The notes beneath the pieces are model-generated. The model saw only the letters and a list, made by a program, of their open reading frames with translations, did no database searches and was not told where the DNA came from. From NCBI RefSeq assembly GCF_004010195.1, contig NC_057749.1, positions 6,694,956-6,714,955 of the forward strand: 20,000 bases of DNA, written 5' to 3'. Shown here in pieces: positions 9,974 through 19,722 of the stretch. Made by a program: the position numbers and the translations under genes. Position 1 is the first letter of the stretch. Each line of letters opens with the position of its first letter. This stretch comes from Chiloscyllium plagiosum (Eukaryota).

Positions 9974-10263
9974 GTATTTGAGTGCAGCATTGGAGAGCTA
10001 CCTTGCACTGCTGCAATGATTACCAGCATCAATTTAACACACTGTTCTTATTTGAAAACCATTCTGCTGTATCATGGAGAAACTATTGCATTTGAATTAA
10101 TTGAATTTAGAGTTTCTGCTCTCAAGTGGCTACATCAATTCAATTTTATTGAACGGTACGTTCCATGCGGTTAGGAATTTTACTGAAATTTGCAGCATTA
10201 TGTTGGACCATCTCCTCTTAAACAACTGGTGCCATTATATTAAAGTTACAGGAATCTTTAGGA

Positions 10264-10549
10264 ACGGCATGGTGGCTCAGCAGTTAGCATGGCTGCCTCA
10301 CAACACCGGGGACCCAGGTTCAATTCCACCCTTGGGTGGCTGTGTGGAGTTCCTATATTCTCCATGTGTCTACTTGCATTTCCTCTGGTTGCTCTGGTTT
10401 CCTCCCACAGTCCAAAGTTGTGCTTTAGCCATGCTAAATTGCCCATAGTGTACAGGGTTACAGGGATGGATCTGGGTGGGATGCTCTTTAGAGGGTCATC
10501 ATGGACTTGATGGGCTGAACAGCTTGCTTCCACACTGTCCAGATTCTAT
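10264..10549 (+). mobile_element. HE1-type V-SINE, near full length, diverged
   Basis: A box TGGCTCAGCAGTT, B box GGTTCAATTCC, GGTTTCCTCCCACAGTCCAAAG, CATGCTAAATTGCCC, CR1-like tail. Confidence 0.9.
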
Positions 10550-10932
10550 CTTAGTGTTGAATGCAAGATAACACAATTTAGCAGCTATTAAAGAAAATGA
10601 ATGGTAAAACACCTGGACATTAATCATTTACACGAAAGTGGCCACTTTGGAATGTAATTATTCTTAGGCCTAATACAGGAGGTCATTAGAGATTATGGAA
10701 AAAGAGGCGATATTGGACTTCCAAAGTCGATAGAATATAGAGAGACATTAAAACACTAATGATTAATTTCATTGCAACACAAAAGGTTAAATGGGGTTAT
10801 TTGATTTAAAAGATCATTGCATCCTCTAAATGATTTTTAAAAGTGTAAATTTAGGCTTAAAACTAAAGCTGAACAGTAGACAATTATTTTGTAGACAAAA
10901 AGTTACACATGTAAGGAATGCACTAACCTAGT

Positions 10933-11085
10933 AAAGCTAAATCCATCATGTTCAAGAAGACATTTGGTAAGTATATTGAGAAGAGGAATGGGTAAAATAA
11001 GACAGCTGTGATGTGGTGTTAGAACTGGCAGATATATGATGGGCTAAACAGCCTCATACTGTGTTGAACCTTACCGGATTTTATG
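10933..11085 (+). mobile_element. Decayed CR1 3' end
   Basis: MFKKTFGKYI-like ORF2 terminus followed by GATGGGCTAAACAGCCTC tail motif. Confidence 0.5.
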
Positions 11086-12094
11086 AAAAGTTAAAGATCA
11101 CACAACAACTCACTGGATTGCGACTCACTAAAGGCACCTGAAAGCTTTGTTACAGTCCTGACAGGTTTGTTCGAGAGGTCTGATCCCAGGACCCAGTCCC
11201 TGGCTGTCAGGTCAGGGGATAGCCATGAGTATAACAGCCTCCTTCAGTCAGCTTCAGGCATTACCGGGACTGCTGCAGTCGGCTGGCTTGTAACAAGCAA
11301 CATAAGCCACCTGTAGCCAGCCAGTCATCTCTCCACGGTTTGAGTGGGAGTCAAGACTTAGCAAGCACTGCCCAAATAGTAACCCCAACCCAGGATGCCA
11401 ATTTGTTGCAATGGAACCAAGTACTGAAGCACTCGGTTTTCTTGGGTCATTACAGAGGGCTGGTGTAGCATCATATTCAATCTCATTTTCACAACTTCAA
11501 TCAGCAGTGTCAATAGATGAGATCACCTGTGTGCATTGTAGATATACCATTCGCCCTTTTGTTAATTGGGTTTTGTGGAAAGGAAAGCATAAGAAGGGTA
11601 CAATAAAACAAACATCGTCAATGGCTTCTTAGCAACAATGCTAAAATGTTTGCTCTTGAATGGCAGAGGGGTAAACCAGCCGACTCCTGTTCCTATTCCT
11701 TACGACCTTTGACTGTGTTGGATTATCTGAACAAATACAGAACCTCATTTTAGTTCCATTGTCATGAGAACTCATTGATATCTATGTGGTCCCAGTTCTC
11801 TGCCAGTGACAACTTTGATTTGGCCTTTTCTTTTGTGTTCGATGAGAAAACGAAACCATTTATTCCCACCTTATTATGTGGTTTAATAGTTACCAGGGCA
11901 GAATTTGACCTTTGCATTAAAAGAAAAGGGAAGGAGGGGAAACTTCACTTGGAGTGTTACCTTATTCGAACACAAGTATCTAATGGCACAGACTTGGATC
12001 TGATTACAAGGGATCAGGTTAAAGAATCCATTTGCTGCTACTTTCACTTATCATGGAAGTAGGTTGTAAGTAGGTTTTGGGAGTATTTTTGTAT

Positions 12095-12282
12095 AATTGT
12101 GTTGCTGGAAAAGCGCAGCAGGTCAGGCAGCATCAAAGGAACAGGAGAATCGACGTTTCGGGCATAAGCCCTTCTTCAGGAATCCTGTTCCTGCTCCTTG
12201 GACGCTGCCTGACCTGCTGCGCTTTTCCAGCAACACATTTTTCAGCTCTGATCTCCAGCATCTGCAGCCCTCACTTTCTCCT
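12095..12282. mobile_element. Young palindromic Penelope-like element, family A, copy 4
   Basis: Near-perfect inverted repeat (tgtgttgctggaaaagcgcagcaggtcaggcagc, 12098-12131, versus gctgcctgacctgctgcgcttttccagcaacaca, 12204-12237). Perfect 13-bp TSD agtatttttgtat (12082-12094 / 12283-12295). Confidence 0.88.
12148..12183 (-). ncRNA. Minimal hammerhead ribozyme, core intact
   Basis: Minus strand AUUC-CUGAAGA-A-GGGC-UUAU-GCCC-GAAAC-GUC/GAUU. Palindromic ACGU helix III. Predicted cleavage between 12152 and 12151. Confidence 0.78.
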
Positions 12283-12386
12283 AGTATTTTTGTATGGTTT
12301 CACTTGATAGCAGGTAATTCCTGTTCCCTCTCCTCCTCATTTGTTCCAAAAAACACTTCTTGGCAGCCAGTGGGTGAGGATGGCCA

Positions 12387-12636
12387 GGGGGAAATCTCAA
12401 CAAGTGTCTGGCAAAAGCTAACAATAGCGTCACGTGCAAATAAGCTGCAAGTTTGCCTTGAGGTGGACAGCGCGCCTGGGCAAGGTAGCTCCTCATCCAT
12501 CTGGGACAAGTGATTGGTGTGGAACTCCCAGGAATGTCGGGGGCGGGGAGGGGGGGAGGTGAGGGATTTGGCTAGTTTACTCAGAGCGAGGAAGACCAGA
12601 GAAGAATGAGGAAGACTGAGTGAGGGGAAAGTCCCC
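12387..12636. promoter_or_regulatory. Promoter-like module with NF-kB, E-box, CCAAT and GC boxes
   Basis: GTCACGTG 12429-12436, TGATTGG 12511-12517, GGGGCGGGG 12540-12548 plus G-tracts, GGAAAGTCCC (reverse complement of GGGACTTTCC) 12626-12635, kB-like sites at 12389-12398 and 12520-12529. Confidence 0.6.
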
Positions 12637-12717
12637 TAACACTCTGGGTGGAGAGCAGGAAGCTGCCATTACCAGTTACAAAGTTGTACCTTTTTCCAGT
12701 CTATTTAGCCCATGCTT

Positions 12718-12846
12718 CATTACTAAACTGCCACTATTTAATAAACTGCATTAAAATCATCATTATTAAACTGCTGGTTTTTAATAATCAACTTTATAAC
12801 CATCATTATGAAACCATTGGTTTTTAATAAACTACTTTATAATCAT
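12718..12846. repeat. Degenerate 3 x 43 bp AT-rich minisatellite
   Basis: Units start at 12718, 12761 and 12804. Each reads CA-TTA(T/C)(T/G)AAA-N9-TTTAATAA-...-CAT with no indels. Confidence 0.85.
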
Positions 12847-13279
12847 CCATGTGTTCACCACTCCCCACCTCTCCTGTTTTTTTTGGTTAAACTGTGACTC
12901 TCAAACTCAAACTTTGGAATGTTTAAAACAGCTAATATTGAGTCACTGAGTGAATAAGTCCATTTCTGACTCCATCACTTAAATCACCAATGCACCCCGT
13001 TATGGAGAACTTGCCCTCATCCTGCCAGCTGTGTTCTTGTTTTGGAAGGTTGAGGGTTCAAATCTTGCCCCAGTGACCTGGGCACACAAGTTAAGCCTGA
13101 ACTTTACTCTGAGTGTATTACCTTTCTCCCATCTTGGGTGGACATGAGAGATACTGAGGAGTTCTCCCTTTTGTAATCTCAACTAACAGCACCATATAAA
13201 AACAGAATTGTCTGGTCACGACCTGATGGCTGTTTGGAGGAACGTTGCCATGCGCACACACTTACTTTATCCTTTCCTG

Positions 13280-13605
13280 GCATGTGGACAAAATCAGCAT
13301 TTTAATCCATCCCTTGCATTGAGTGGCTTGTTGTACCATTTCCTATGACATTTAAGACTCGACCACTGTCAGGAGTCAAATGTAGGCCAGACCAGGTAAG
13401 GATAGAAAATTTTCTTCACGAAAGTCAACCTGTTGGGTTTTTGCAATACTCATCCAAGGTTGCCTGGTCACTGTGACCAAGAAAAACTCCTAATTCCAAA
13501 ATATATAATTGAGATTAAATTCCAACAACTACAATGGTGAGATCTGCACCCATGACCCTGATAGTGTTATTTGGTATTCTGGATTTAGTGACATTACCAC
13601 TTCAC
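13280..13605 (-). mobile_element. Decayed L2-tailed tRNA SINE (same family as 16991 and 17710)
   Basis: GGAGTCAAATGTAGGCCAGACCAGGTAAGGAT (13371-13403) is the reverse complement of ATCCTTACCTGGTCTGACCTACATGTGACTCC near 17208-17240. Confidence 0.7.
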
Positions 13606-13654
13606 TATGTTTGTCCCTATAGGGCTGGCATTGTGTTTCCAGCACTGAAGCACA

Positions 13655-13984
13655 CAGAGCCCCTACAGTGTAGAAGCAGGCGGTTCAGCCCATTGAGTCC
13701 ACACCGCACCTCCAAAAAGTATCCCACCCTACCCTATAACCCTGCATTTCCCATAGTTAATCCACTTAGCCTACACATCCCTGGACACTCTGGGACAACT
13801 TAGCATGGCCAATCCACCTAACCTGCACATCCTTGGACTGTGGGAGGAAACCGGAGCACTGGGAAGAAAACCACGCAGACATGCGGAGAATGTGCGTACT
13901 CCACATAGTCGCCTGAGGGTGGAATCAAACTCGGGTCCCTGACGCTGTGAGGTCGAAGTGCCAACCACTGAGTCACTGGGCTGC
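13655..13984 (-). mobile_element. HE1-type V-SINE, near full length
   Basis: Minus strand tRNA head GTGACTCAGTGGTTGGCAC...GAGTTTGATTCC, V-domain core, CR1-like tail. Confidence 0.9.
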
Positions 13985-14060
13985 ATTGATAAATACTTAA
14001 TTTGGACGTGCAGTGCATTGCAATAGCCTGAGATTGTGAAAATGCAATTCTTTCGGTTAT

Positions 14061-14120
14061 TTAGAGTCATAGATTCACAAAGTGTAGAAAAGGCCCTTTG
14101 GCCCATTGAGTCTGCACGAA
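14061..14120 (-). mobile_element. Short CR1/SINE 3' tail fragment
   Basis: TAGAGTCATAGATTCACAAAGTGTAGAAAAGGCCCTTTGGCCCATTGAGTC matches the shared CR1/HE1 tail. Confidence 0.65.
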
Positions 14121-14241
14121 CAATAACTACCCCTAAAGGCGTGTTAATCACTTATTCCTGTATTTTGCTGCTGTTTTCCAGATTTAGCCAGCAACCTAAT
14201 GAAGGTCTCCTCCTGAGCTGTAACCAGTCTATCAATTTGGG

Positions 14242-14472
14242 AATGGAAACTGGAAGAACTGCTGATGCTGTAAAGAAGTTTCTGGAAAGATTCTGCGGGT
14301 CTGGCAGCATCTGTGGAGAGAGAAAGCAGTTAACATTTCAGGTTGAGCGAGCCTTCCTCAGAACTAGGAACTGGAATTCTGAGGAAGGGTCACCAGACCC
14401 GAAATGCTAACTCTGATTTCTCTCCACAGATGCTGTCGGACCTGTTGAACTTTTCCAGCAATTTCTGTTTTT
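14242..14472. mobile_element. Palindromic Penelope-like element, family B, with a decayed hammerhead core on each arm
   Basis: Inverted arms (cagcatctgtggagag / ctctccacagatgctg). Plus core CTGAGGA-A-GGGTC-ACCA-GACCC-GAAAT 14379-14405, mirrored at 14329-14361. TSD gtctat(c/g)aa(t/c)ttggg (14227-14241 / 14473-14487). Confidence 0.8.
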
Positions 14473-15555
14473 GTCTATGAACTTGGGGTCTATTTGGTAG
14501 AGCTTACTGGGCAGTGACTTTCCAAACTTGGAACTTCTGAAAGGGTTGCTAAAGTAATTCAGGAACAGTTTGTTGTAAATCACACTGCACTATGCCTGGT
14601 GTCAGACTGAGAGTGAGCTGTAAGTCTCCACAAGAAACAGACAATAAGCGAGACTCGATACCAACTATGTTTCTCTGGGAAGTAACTTTCCATTTAGTTG
14701 CTTTAGTACAGTATGGAAGGGACATATGAACATTCGGTCTCTTACTCCCAGTTAATTAAATGATCACAGTGTGACGCCAGCAGTGTGCAGTTTCCCAAAC
14801 AACTTTTTAACACTCTCTGGCCCATTTTATGATTTCATCCTATGTCCACTCTGAGCAAAAATGTGGTGCTACAAAGGAAAACTTTCATGACCTTACCGAA
14901 TCACATTTTCCTTCATGACAGAAAGTATTATTGCACTCATCAAATTGCTATAAACTTCAACAAATATAGGAGACAGCACGCACCCTGCAAAGGTTTGGTC
15001 AGTTGCATTATGCTGTTACTAAATGGATGTTATCCCCCGCATAAACTTGGGGGGGATGAAAAATCAAATAACTTCAATGAAGCAGAGGAATTTGGAATGT
15101 TAAAGGGACCTTACAATAATGAAGGATCTTTTAATCCTCTTACATGAGCTGATAAACGCACTGCCTTCAATACAACAATCAAAGGCATAATGTCCCAATC
15201 AAAGCTTGAAATGGGTTTTTATAAATAAGATAACAAAATAGGTCAGTGTCTCTTTAACATTGGAGCTGAAGTCTAAATACTAACTGGTTTGACCACAAAT
15301 GTCTAACTTGATGATTTCTTCATTTTAAGAATACGTTTTAGTCTGGGGATTGAAGTTTTAAAAAGTGGAAGTATTTGGTTTAGGAGGGTGACTGAACACA
15401 CTTAAAGGGTTTGCAATCCATTGGGAGTCTTTGTTTATGTAATAAAGGGTGAAGTGGGTAATATTGAACAATGGGGCTTGAAGAACATTTTTGCAAAATA
15501 TGGTATTGTTAGTTGTACTTGCTTTGTTTAATTCTTGGACATTAATAGTTAGTGC

Positions 15556-15770
15556 TTTTTGAGAAGATTTGTAGCTCAGGTTGGTGATAAGTATGTAAGT
15601 TAGCTCGCTGAGCTGGAAGGCTTGTTTTCAGATGTTTTGTCATCATGACTAGATAACATCATCAGTGAAAGCCTCTGGTGAAGCGCTGGTGGTATGTCCC
15701 GCCTCTCTATTTGTAAGTCTTCGTTTCTGAAGGTGGGTGATGTCATTTCCTGTTCGTTTTTTCAAAGGAA
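15556..15770 (-). mobile_element. Penelope-like terminal fragment, family C, with decayed hammerhead motif
   Basis: Minus strand CA-CTGATGA-T-GTTATC-TAGTCAT-GATGAC-AAAAC-ATC-TG (15629-15667): 6-bp stem II, with G12 and GUC altered in a CpG-decay pattern. Boundaries approximate. Confidence 0.65.
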
Positions 15771-16336
15771 GGTAAACTGTCTCAGTTAATAATTGGACAT
15801 CTGAATCTTTTCCCCCCCACAAATAGCCTCCCTCAAGATCTTCCTGGCTGCTGTTCTGTTCAGGTGGGCTTTGCAAGATGGAAGGGTCCTCTCTTTACCT
15901 TTTAGAAAGAGCAGCGCTGTTCCTGAGGACAAAGGAATGATTGCACCTCATAGCCATTCTGAAGTAGGACATGTTGCTACACAGCAAGATCCCACAGGCA
16001 GCCTCAAGATCAAATCAGCTGAGTTGAAATCTGACATGGAAACACTGACTATAGTTTTCCTTTAAAGTTGCAAATTTATTTATTCCTATGCTTCATGACG
16101 TGAAAATATTCATCCAGTTTAAAAGTATATCAGAATGCCATTTTGATTTGGCAAGTTATGACCTGGAGATTTGATATTGTTTTATCCTTAAAATCAAATC
16201 ATCTCTCAAGTTTGATGAACTTGGGCATTATTTTTCTGCACACTATTTTGCACTGGACAAAATAATCCTTTTTAAAAGACATCAATCTCCACAGACAACT
16301 TGCATTGTCAAGTTTATGTGACTTCATCGGAACAAC

Positions 16337-16351
16337 TGCCCCCTCTTGTGG
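16337..16351 (-). promoter_or_regulatory. Candidate CTCF site
   Basis: Minus strand CCACAAGAGGGGGCA versus consensus CCASYAGRKGGCRS (2 deviations). Confidence 0.4.
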
Positions 16352-16405
16352 TACAGATGTGAATCACATCTATCTATCAACTCGATCACATCAGGTTCCT
16401 GTTGA

Positions 16406-16495
16406 TATTTTTAATCAACCTGCCTCCTTTGGAATAGGTAGGACTTGAACAGGTAAGCTTTCCAGCTCAGAGATAGGGAAACTACTACAACGGCC
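16406..16495 (-). mobile_element. Short tRNA-derived SINE, decayed (family of 5135-5243)
   Basis: Minus strand GTAGTTTCCCTATCTCTGAGC...GTTCAAGTCCTACC...CAGGTTGATTAAAAA. Confidence 0.5.
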
Positions 16496-16546
16496 TCAGC
16501 TCTATTTGGAACAAAGCCTATACAAATTGGCATTTACTTCTGATTA

Positions 16547-16803
16547 GTGGCTCAGTGGTTTGCACTGCTGCCTCACAGCAACTGGGCCCCAGGTTCGATT
16601 CCAGCCTCGGACGACTGTCTGTGTGGAGCTTGCACATCCTCCCTGTGTCTGCGTGGGTTTCCTCCCACAGTCCAAATATGTGCAGGTTAGGTGAGTTGGC
16701 CATGCTAAATTGCCCATAGTGTTAGGTGCATTAATCAGAGGGAAATGGGTCCGGGTGGGTTACTCTTCGGAGGGTTGATGTGGACTTGTTGGGCCGAAGG
16801 GCC
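16547..16803 (+). mobile_element. HE1-type V-SINE
   Basis: A box TGGCTCAGTGG, B box GGTTCGATTCC, conserved core. Tail truncated at GGGCCGAAGGGCC. Confidence 0.92.
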
Positions 16804-16990
16804 CATTATTTTCCCTCCCGCAGCACCATCATTGACTGATATTTTCTATCTCCCACCGGTTGAAATGTCAGGAGCCAGGTAACATCATGAGATTAGTAAG
16901 AGCTTGCTGTCTCATAGTGTAGACAACCCGTGCTGTTACCCCACATTGGTGATACTAGGATAAAAAAAATCAACGTCTTGGTCAGTATTA

Positions 16991-17337
16991 GGGAGGCGAT
17001 GGCCTAGTGGTATTATTGCTGGACTGTTAATTCAGAGACCCAAGTAATGCTCTGGGCACCTGGGTTTGAATCCCACCATGGCAAAAAGATGGAATTTAAA
17101 CTTAATTAATATCCGGATTTAAGAATCTAATGATGACCATGAATCCAGTATCAAGTATTGGAAAAACCCATCTGGTTCAATAACCCCCTTTAGGGAAGGA
17201 AACTGTCATCCTTACCTGGTCTGACCTACATGTGACTCCAGACACACAGCAATATGGCTGACTCTTAACTGCCCTCTGGGCAATTAGAGATGGGCAATAA
17301 GTCCTGCCTAGCCAGTGACACCCTGATCGAATAAAGA
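16991..17337 (+). mobile_element. tRNA-derived SINE with L2-type 3' tail
   Basis: A box TGGCCTAGTGG, B box GGTTTGAATCCC. Aligns end to end with 17710-18030. A-rich end. Confidence 0.85.
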
Positions 17338-17361
17338 AACAAATTAATAAAGGGGAAAAGA

Positions 17362-17690
17362 AAGAGGTTTAGGAGCTTCGAAAAGGGGAGAGAGAAACGA
17401 AGCGATTCAGCTGAAAGTATGGGATGGAGAAACGGAAATCAGAGATGTGAAACAATTGGAGTGGCCCAGAGGTATCCACAAATAAATCTGGAATGGCAGA
17501 TGGTGACAAGAAAACATAAAACCATTGAGGGGTTTAGGATCGAAGGAGGGCATTTTAAAATACAGGTGTTGCCATTTGGGTGCCCATGTCAGTGAGCATT
17601 GAGAGGGGAACTGGGAGATCAGGATTCAGCAAGATTCAGTATTCAGGCTGCATGACTAAAGTAACTCATTTAGAGATGCTTGCATCAAAT
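17362..17690 (-). mobile_element. Highly diverged L2-like LINE fragment
   Basis: Purine-rich segment with motifs (GAGGTTTAGG, CAGCTGAA, CCATTGAGGGGTTT, ATTTTAAAAT, GCCCATGT) resembling antisense L2 ORF2 end, from recall. Confidence 0.4.
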
Positions 17691-17709
17691 TGAAGAGTCC
17701 TGTAGAGTG

Positions 17710-18030
17710 GAGAGGTGATGGCCTAGTGGTATTATCACTGAACTATTAACCCCAGGTAATGGTCTGGGGACCTGGTTTCAAATCCTGCCATGGCAGCTGG
17801 TGGAGTTTGAAACCAATCAAAAATCTGGAAATAACAGTCTAACAATAAACATGAATTGATTGTCATAAAAAAACCCACCTGGTTCACTAATGCCCTTCAA
17901 GGAAAGAAACTGCCATCCTTACCCGGCAAGGTCTGGGCCCACAGCAATGCAGTTGACCCTTAAATGCCCTCTGGGCAATAAATGCTGGCCTGGCCAGTGA
18001 TGCCCTTATCCCATCAATGAATACAAAAAA
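17710..18030 (+). mobile_element. tRNA-derived SINE with L2-type 3' tail, second copy
   Basis: GAGGTGATGGCCTAGTGGTATTAT head, AAACTGCCATCCTTACC, GGCAATAAATGCTGGCCTGGCCAGTGATGCCC, A-rich tail. Confidence 0.85.
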
Positions 18031-18713
18031 AACTACCAATTTACCAACTTTCTTTGCCTGTCCTGTTCTTGCAATTATAGCCAGAATTGCTTTATTTCCC
18101 AGTGACTCATACTGCCTGATACTGTAAGTGAAAGTACCTGAAGTAAATCGACACAGTATACATACTGACACACATACAAACTAATGCTCCACTACCCTGA
18201 TGTCTAATGCTTAAACTCAATAAGGACAAGTATTCAAGAAATCAAAAAAACACAGGTTATGCATAAATTAGAAACCAAACGTACCTTGGCAATGGTTTTA
18301 AATGAGCAAACATTGAAATATAAGACAAAACAAACAGTCTTGTTGAACACAGACATTATTCCCTGCATCTCACACTCCAGTTTAGTCTCAAGGTAGGAGT
18401 TTCCCTGTTATCATGAGGTTGGGTTGGACAGGGCAACCTTTCACTGCATCTGGGAGAGCAGTGACCTGAGCACCATCTAGTGGGGATGTGCCAGCATTTC
18501 AGGCAAGACACAACTGCACTAAATACTGGAGGTTAAAAGGGAAATCTTAAGGCAGCCTCAGCTCCCCTGGGTTGACGTTGCCATACTTCTGACACAAACA
18601 TTTTTACGCGCATTTTGTGTGGTGCAGCTGTTGGGGGATGCACATTCGTATTCGAGGTCACTGTGACAAAGCTGGATCATATGGAACCGTTTGGACATTT
18701 AAATGATTTCTTC

Positions 18714-18917
18714 GTTGCACATTCTCCCAGTGTCTGCGTGGGTTTCCTTCCACGGTCCAAAGATGTGCAGGTCAGGTGGATTGGCCATGCTAAATTGCCC
18801 ATAGTGTTAGGTGCATTAGTCAGAGGGAAATGGGTCTGGGTGGGTTACTCTTCAGAGGGTCGGTGTGGACTTGTTGGGCTGAAGGACCTGTTTCCACACT
18901 GTAGGGGAATCTAATCT
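18714..18917 (+). mobile_element. 5'-truncated HE1-type V-SINE
   Basis: Starts in the central domain (TTGCACATTCTCCCAGTGTCTGCGTGGG) and ends GGAATCTAATCT. Confidence 0.92.
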
Positions 18918-19578
18918 TAAATTAACGCAACACTTACAATATGGTTCACCTACTGTTTGCTGAAGGTCAAGTAACTTTTTAGAAAGAAGTTCAGCAAAGC
19001 TTTTAGGGAGTTTAGGTTTATAGTCTATGAATGCTGGAAAACCTGGTTTTGAAGAGGCCTCTATCTAAGACAGTACCAACACCCCTTTCCTGACACATTG
19101 TTTTACAGACGTACGTAAGGAACACTCCCCCCAACTCCCTCTCTCAGCAGAAGTTTCTGGGATCTGTTAAACATCAGTACCACTGACTAATGTATAAATC
19201 CTGCAAAGCTGAACTCTTTCCAAAGATTCAGATCCAGCCCACTTTCAATTCAAGCTGAAGATCTTCCATCACCCTTGGCAATGATCAGCAATTTGATTTT
19301 GTTGATAGGAAACACTGGACCATGAGCAGTCACCAAATTCTGTCACATAAAAACAAAATACTGCAGTGGCCGGAAACAGACACACAATACGCTGCAGAAA
19401 CTCAGCAGGTCTGGCAGCTCATGCGGAGTGAGAAACAGAGTTAACGTTTGTGTCTTCCTCTGAAGTTCTGAGAAAGGGTCGGATTAGACACCAAATGTCC
19501 AATAGAACTCCTGAAGTTCTGAATAAGTCATGCTGGACTAGAAATGTTAACTTCATTTTTCTCTCTCCACAGATGTTG

Positions 19579-19722
19579 AGAAAGAAATACAGCAGGGGAG
19601 TTGACGTTTCGAGCATAAACCCTTCATCAGGACATTCCCCGGATGCTGCCTGACCTGCTGTACTTTTCCAGCGCCACCGTTTTCGAGTCTGACTCTGTAG
19701 CGTCTGTAGTCCTCACTTTCTC
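19579..19722. mobile_element. Inverted Penelope-like element, family A, copy 5 (nested)
   Basis: 18-bp TSD ctctctcca(c/a)agatg(t/c)tg (19561-19578 / 19723-19740). Forward arm ends gtcctcactttctc like its sister copies. Confidence 0.8.
19600..19632 (-). ncRNA. Minimal hammerhead ribozyme, core intact
   Basis: Minus strand UC-CUGAUGA-A-GGGU-UUAU-GCUC-GAAAC-GUC. Stem II kept through G-U wobbles, stem I weak. Confidence 0.68.

Larger units (their letters stand above)
13044..14053 (+). mobile_element. Old SacSINE1/DeuSINE-like element split by two later SINE insertions
   Basis: Head GAAGGTTGAGGGTTCAAATC, Deu-like GGTGGACATGAGAGAT...GGAGTTCTCCC...AAACAGAATTGTCTGGTCA...GCTGTTTG (13044-13260), and 3' end AATACTTAATTTGG...AAATGCAATTCTTTC (13985-14053). 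Family assigned from recall. Confidence 0.55.

Noticed and set aside
12098..12237. Conserved miRNA precursor or classical MITE
   Set aside because: The hairpin is repeat-derived and asymmetric, with variable 10-18 bp TSDs, which fits retrotransposition rather than a DNA transposon or conserved miRNA.
12465..12474. REST/RE1 site (GGACAGCGCG)
   Set aside because: Only an imperfect right half-site; the left half is absent.
12718..12846. CRISPR-like repeat-spacer array
   Set aside because: Vertebrate context, 9-nt related spacers, degenerate repeats and no cas genes.
16547..16610. tRNA genes at SINE heads (also 10264, 16991, 17710)
   Set aside because: A/B boxes run into SINE bodies with no complete cloverleaf.
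18279..18290. Minus-strand splice donor AAG|GTACGT
   Set aside because: No matching acceptor or coding frame found upstream on that strand.
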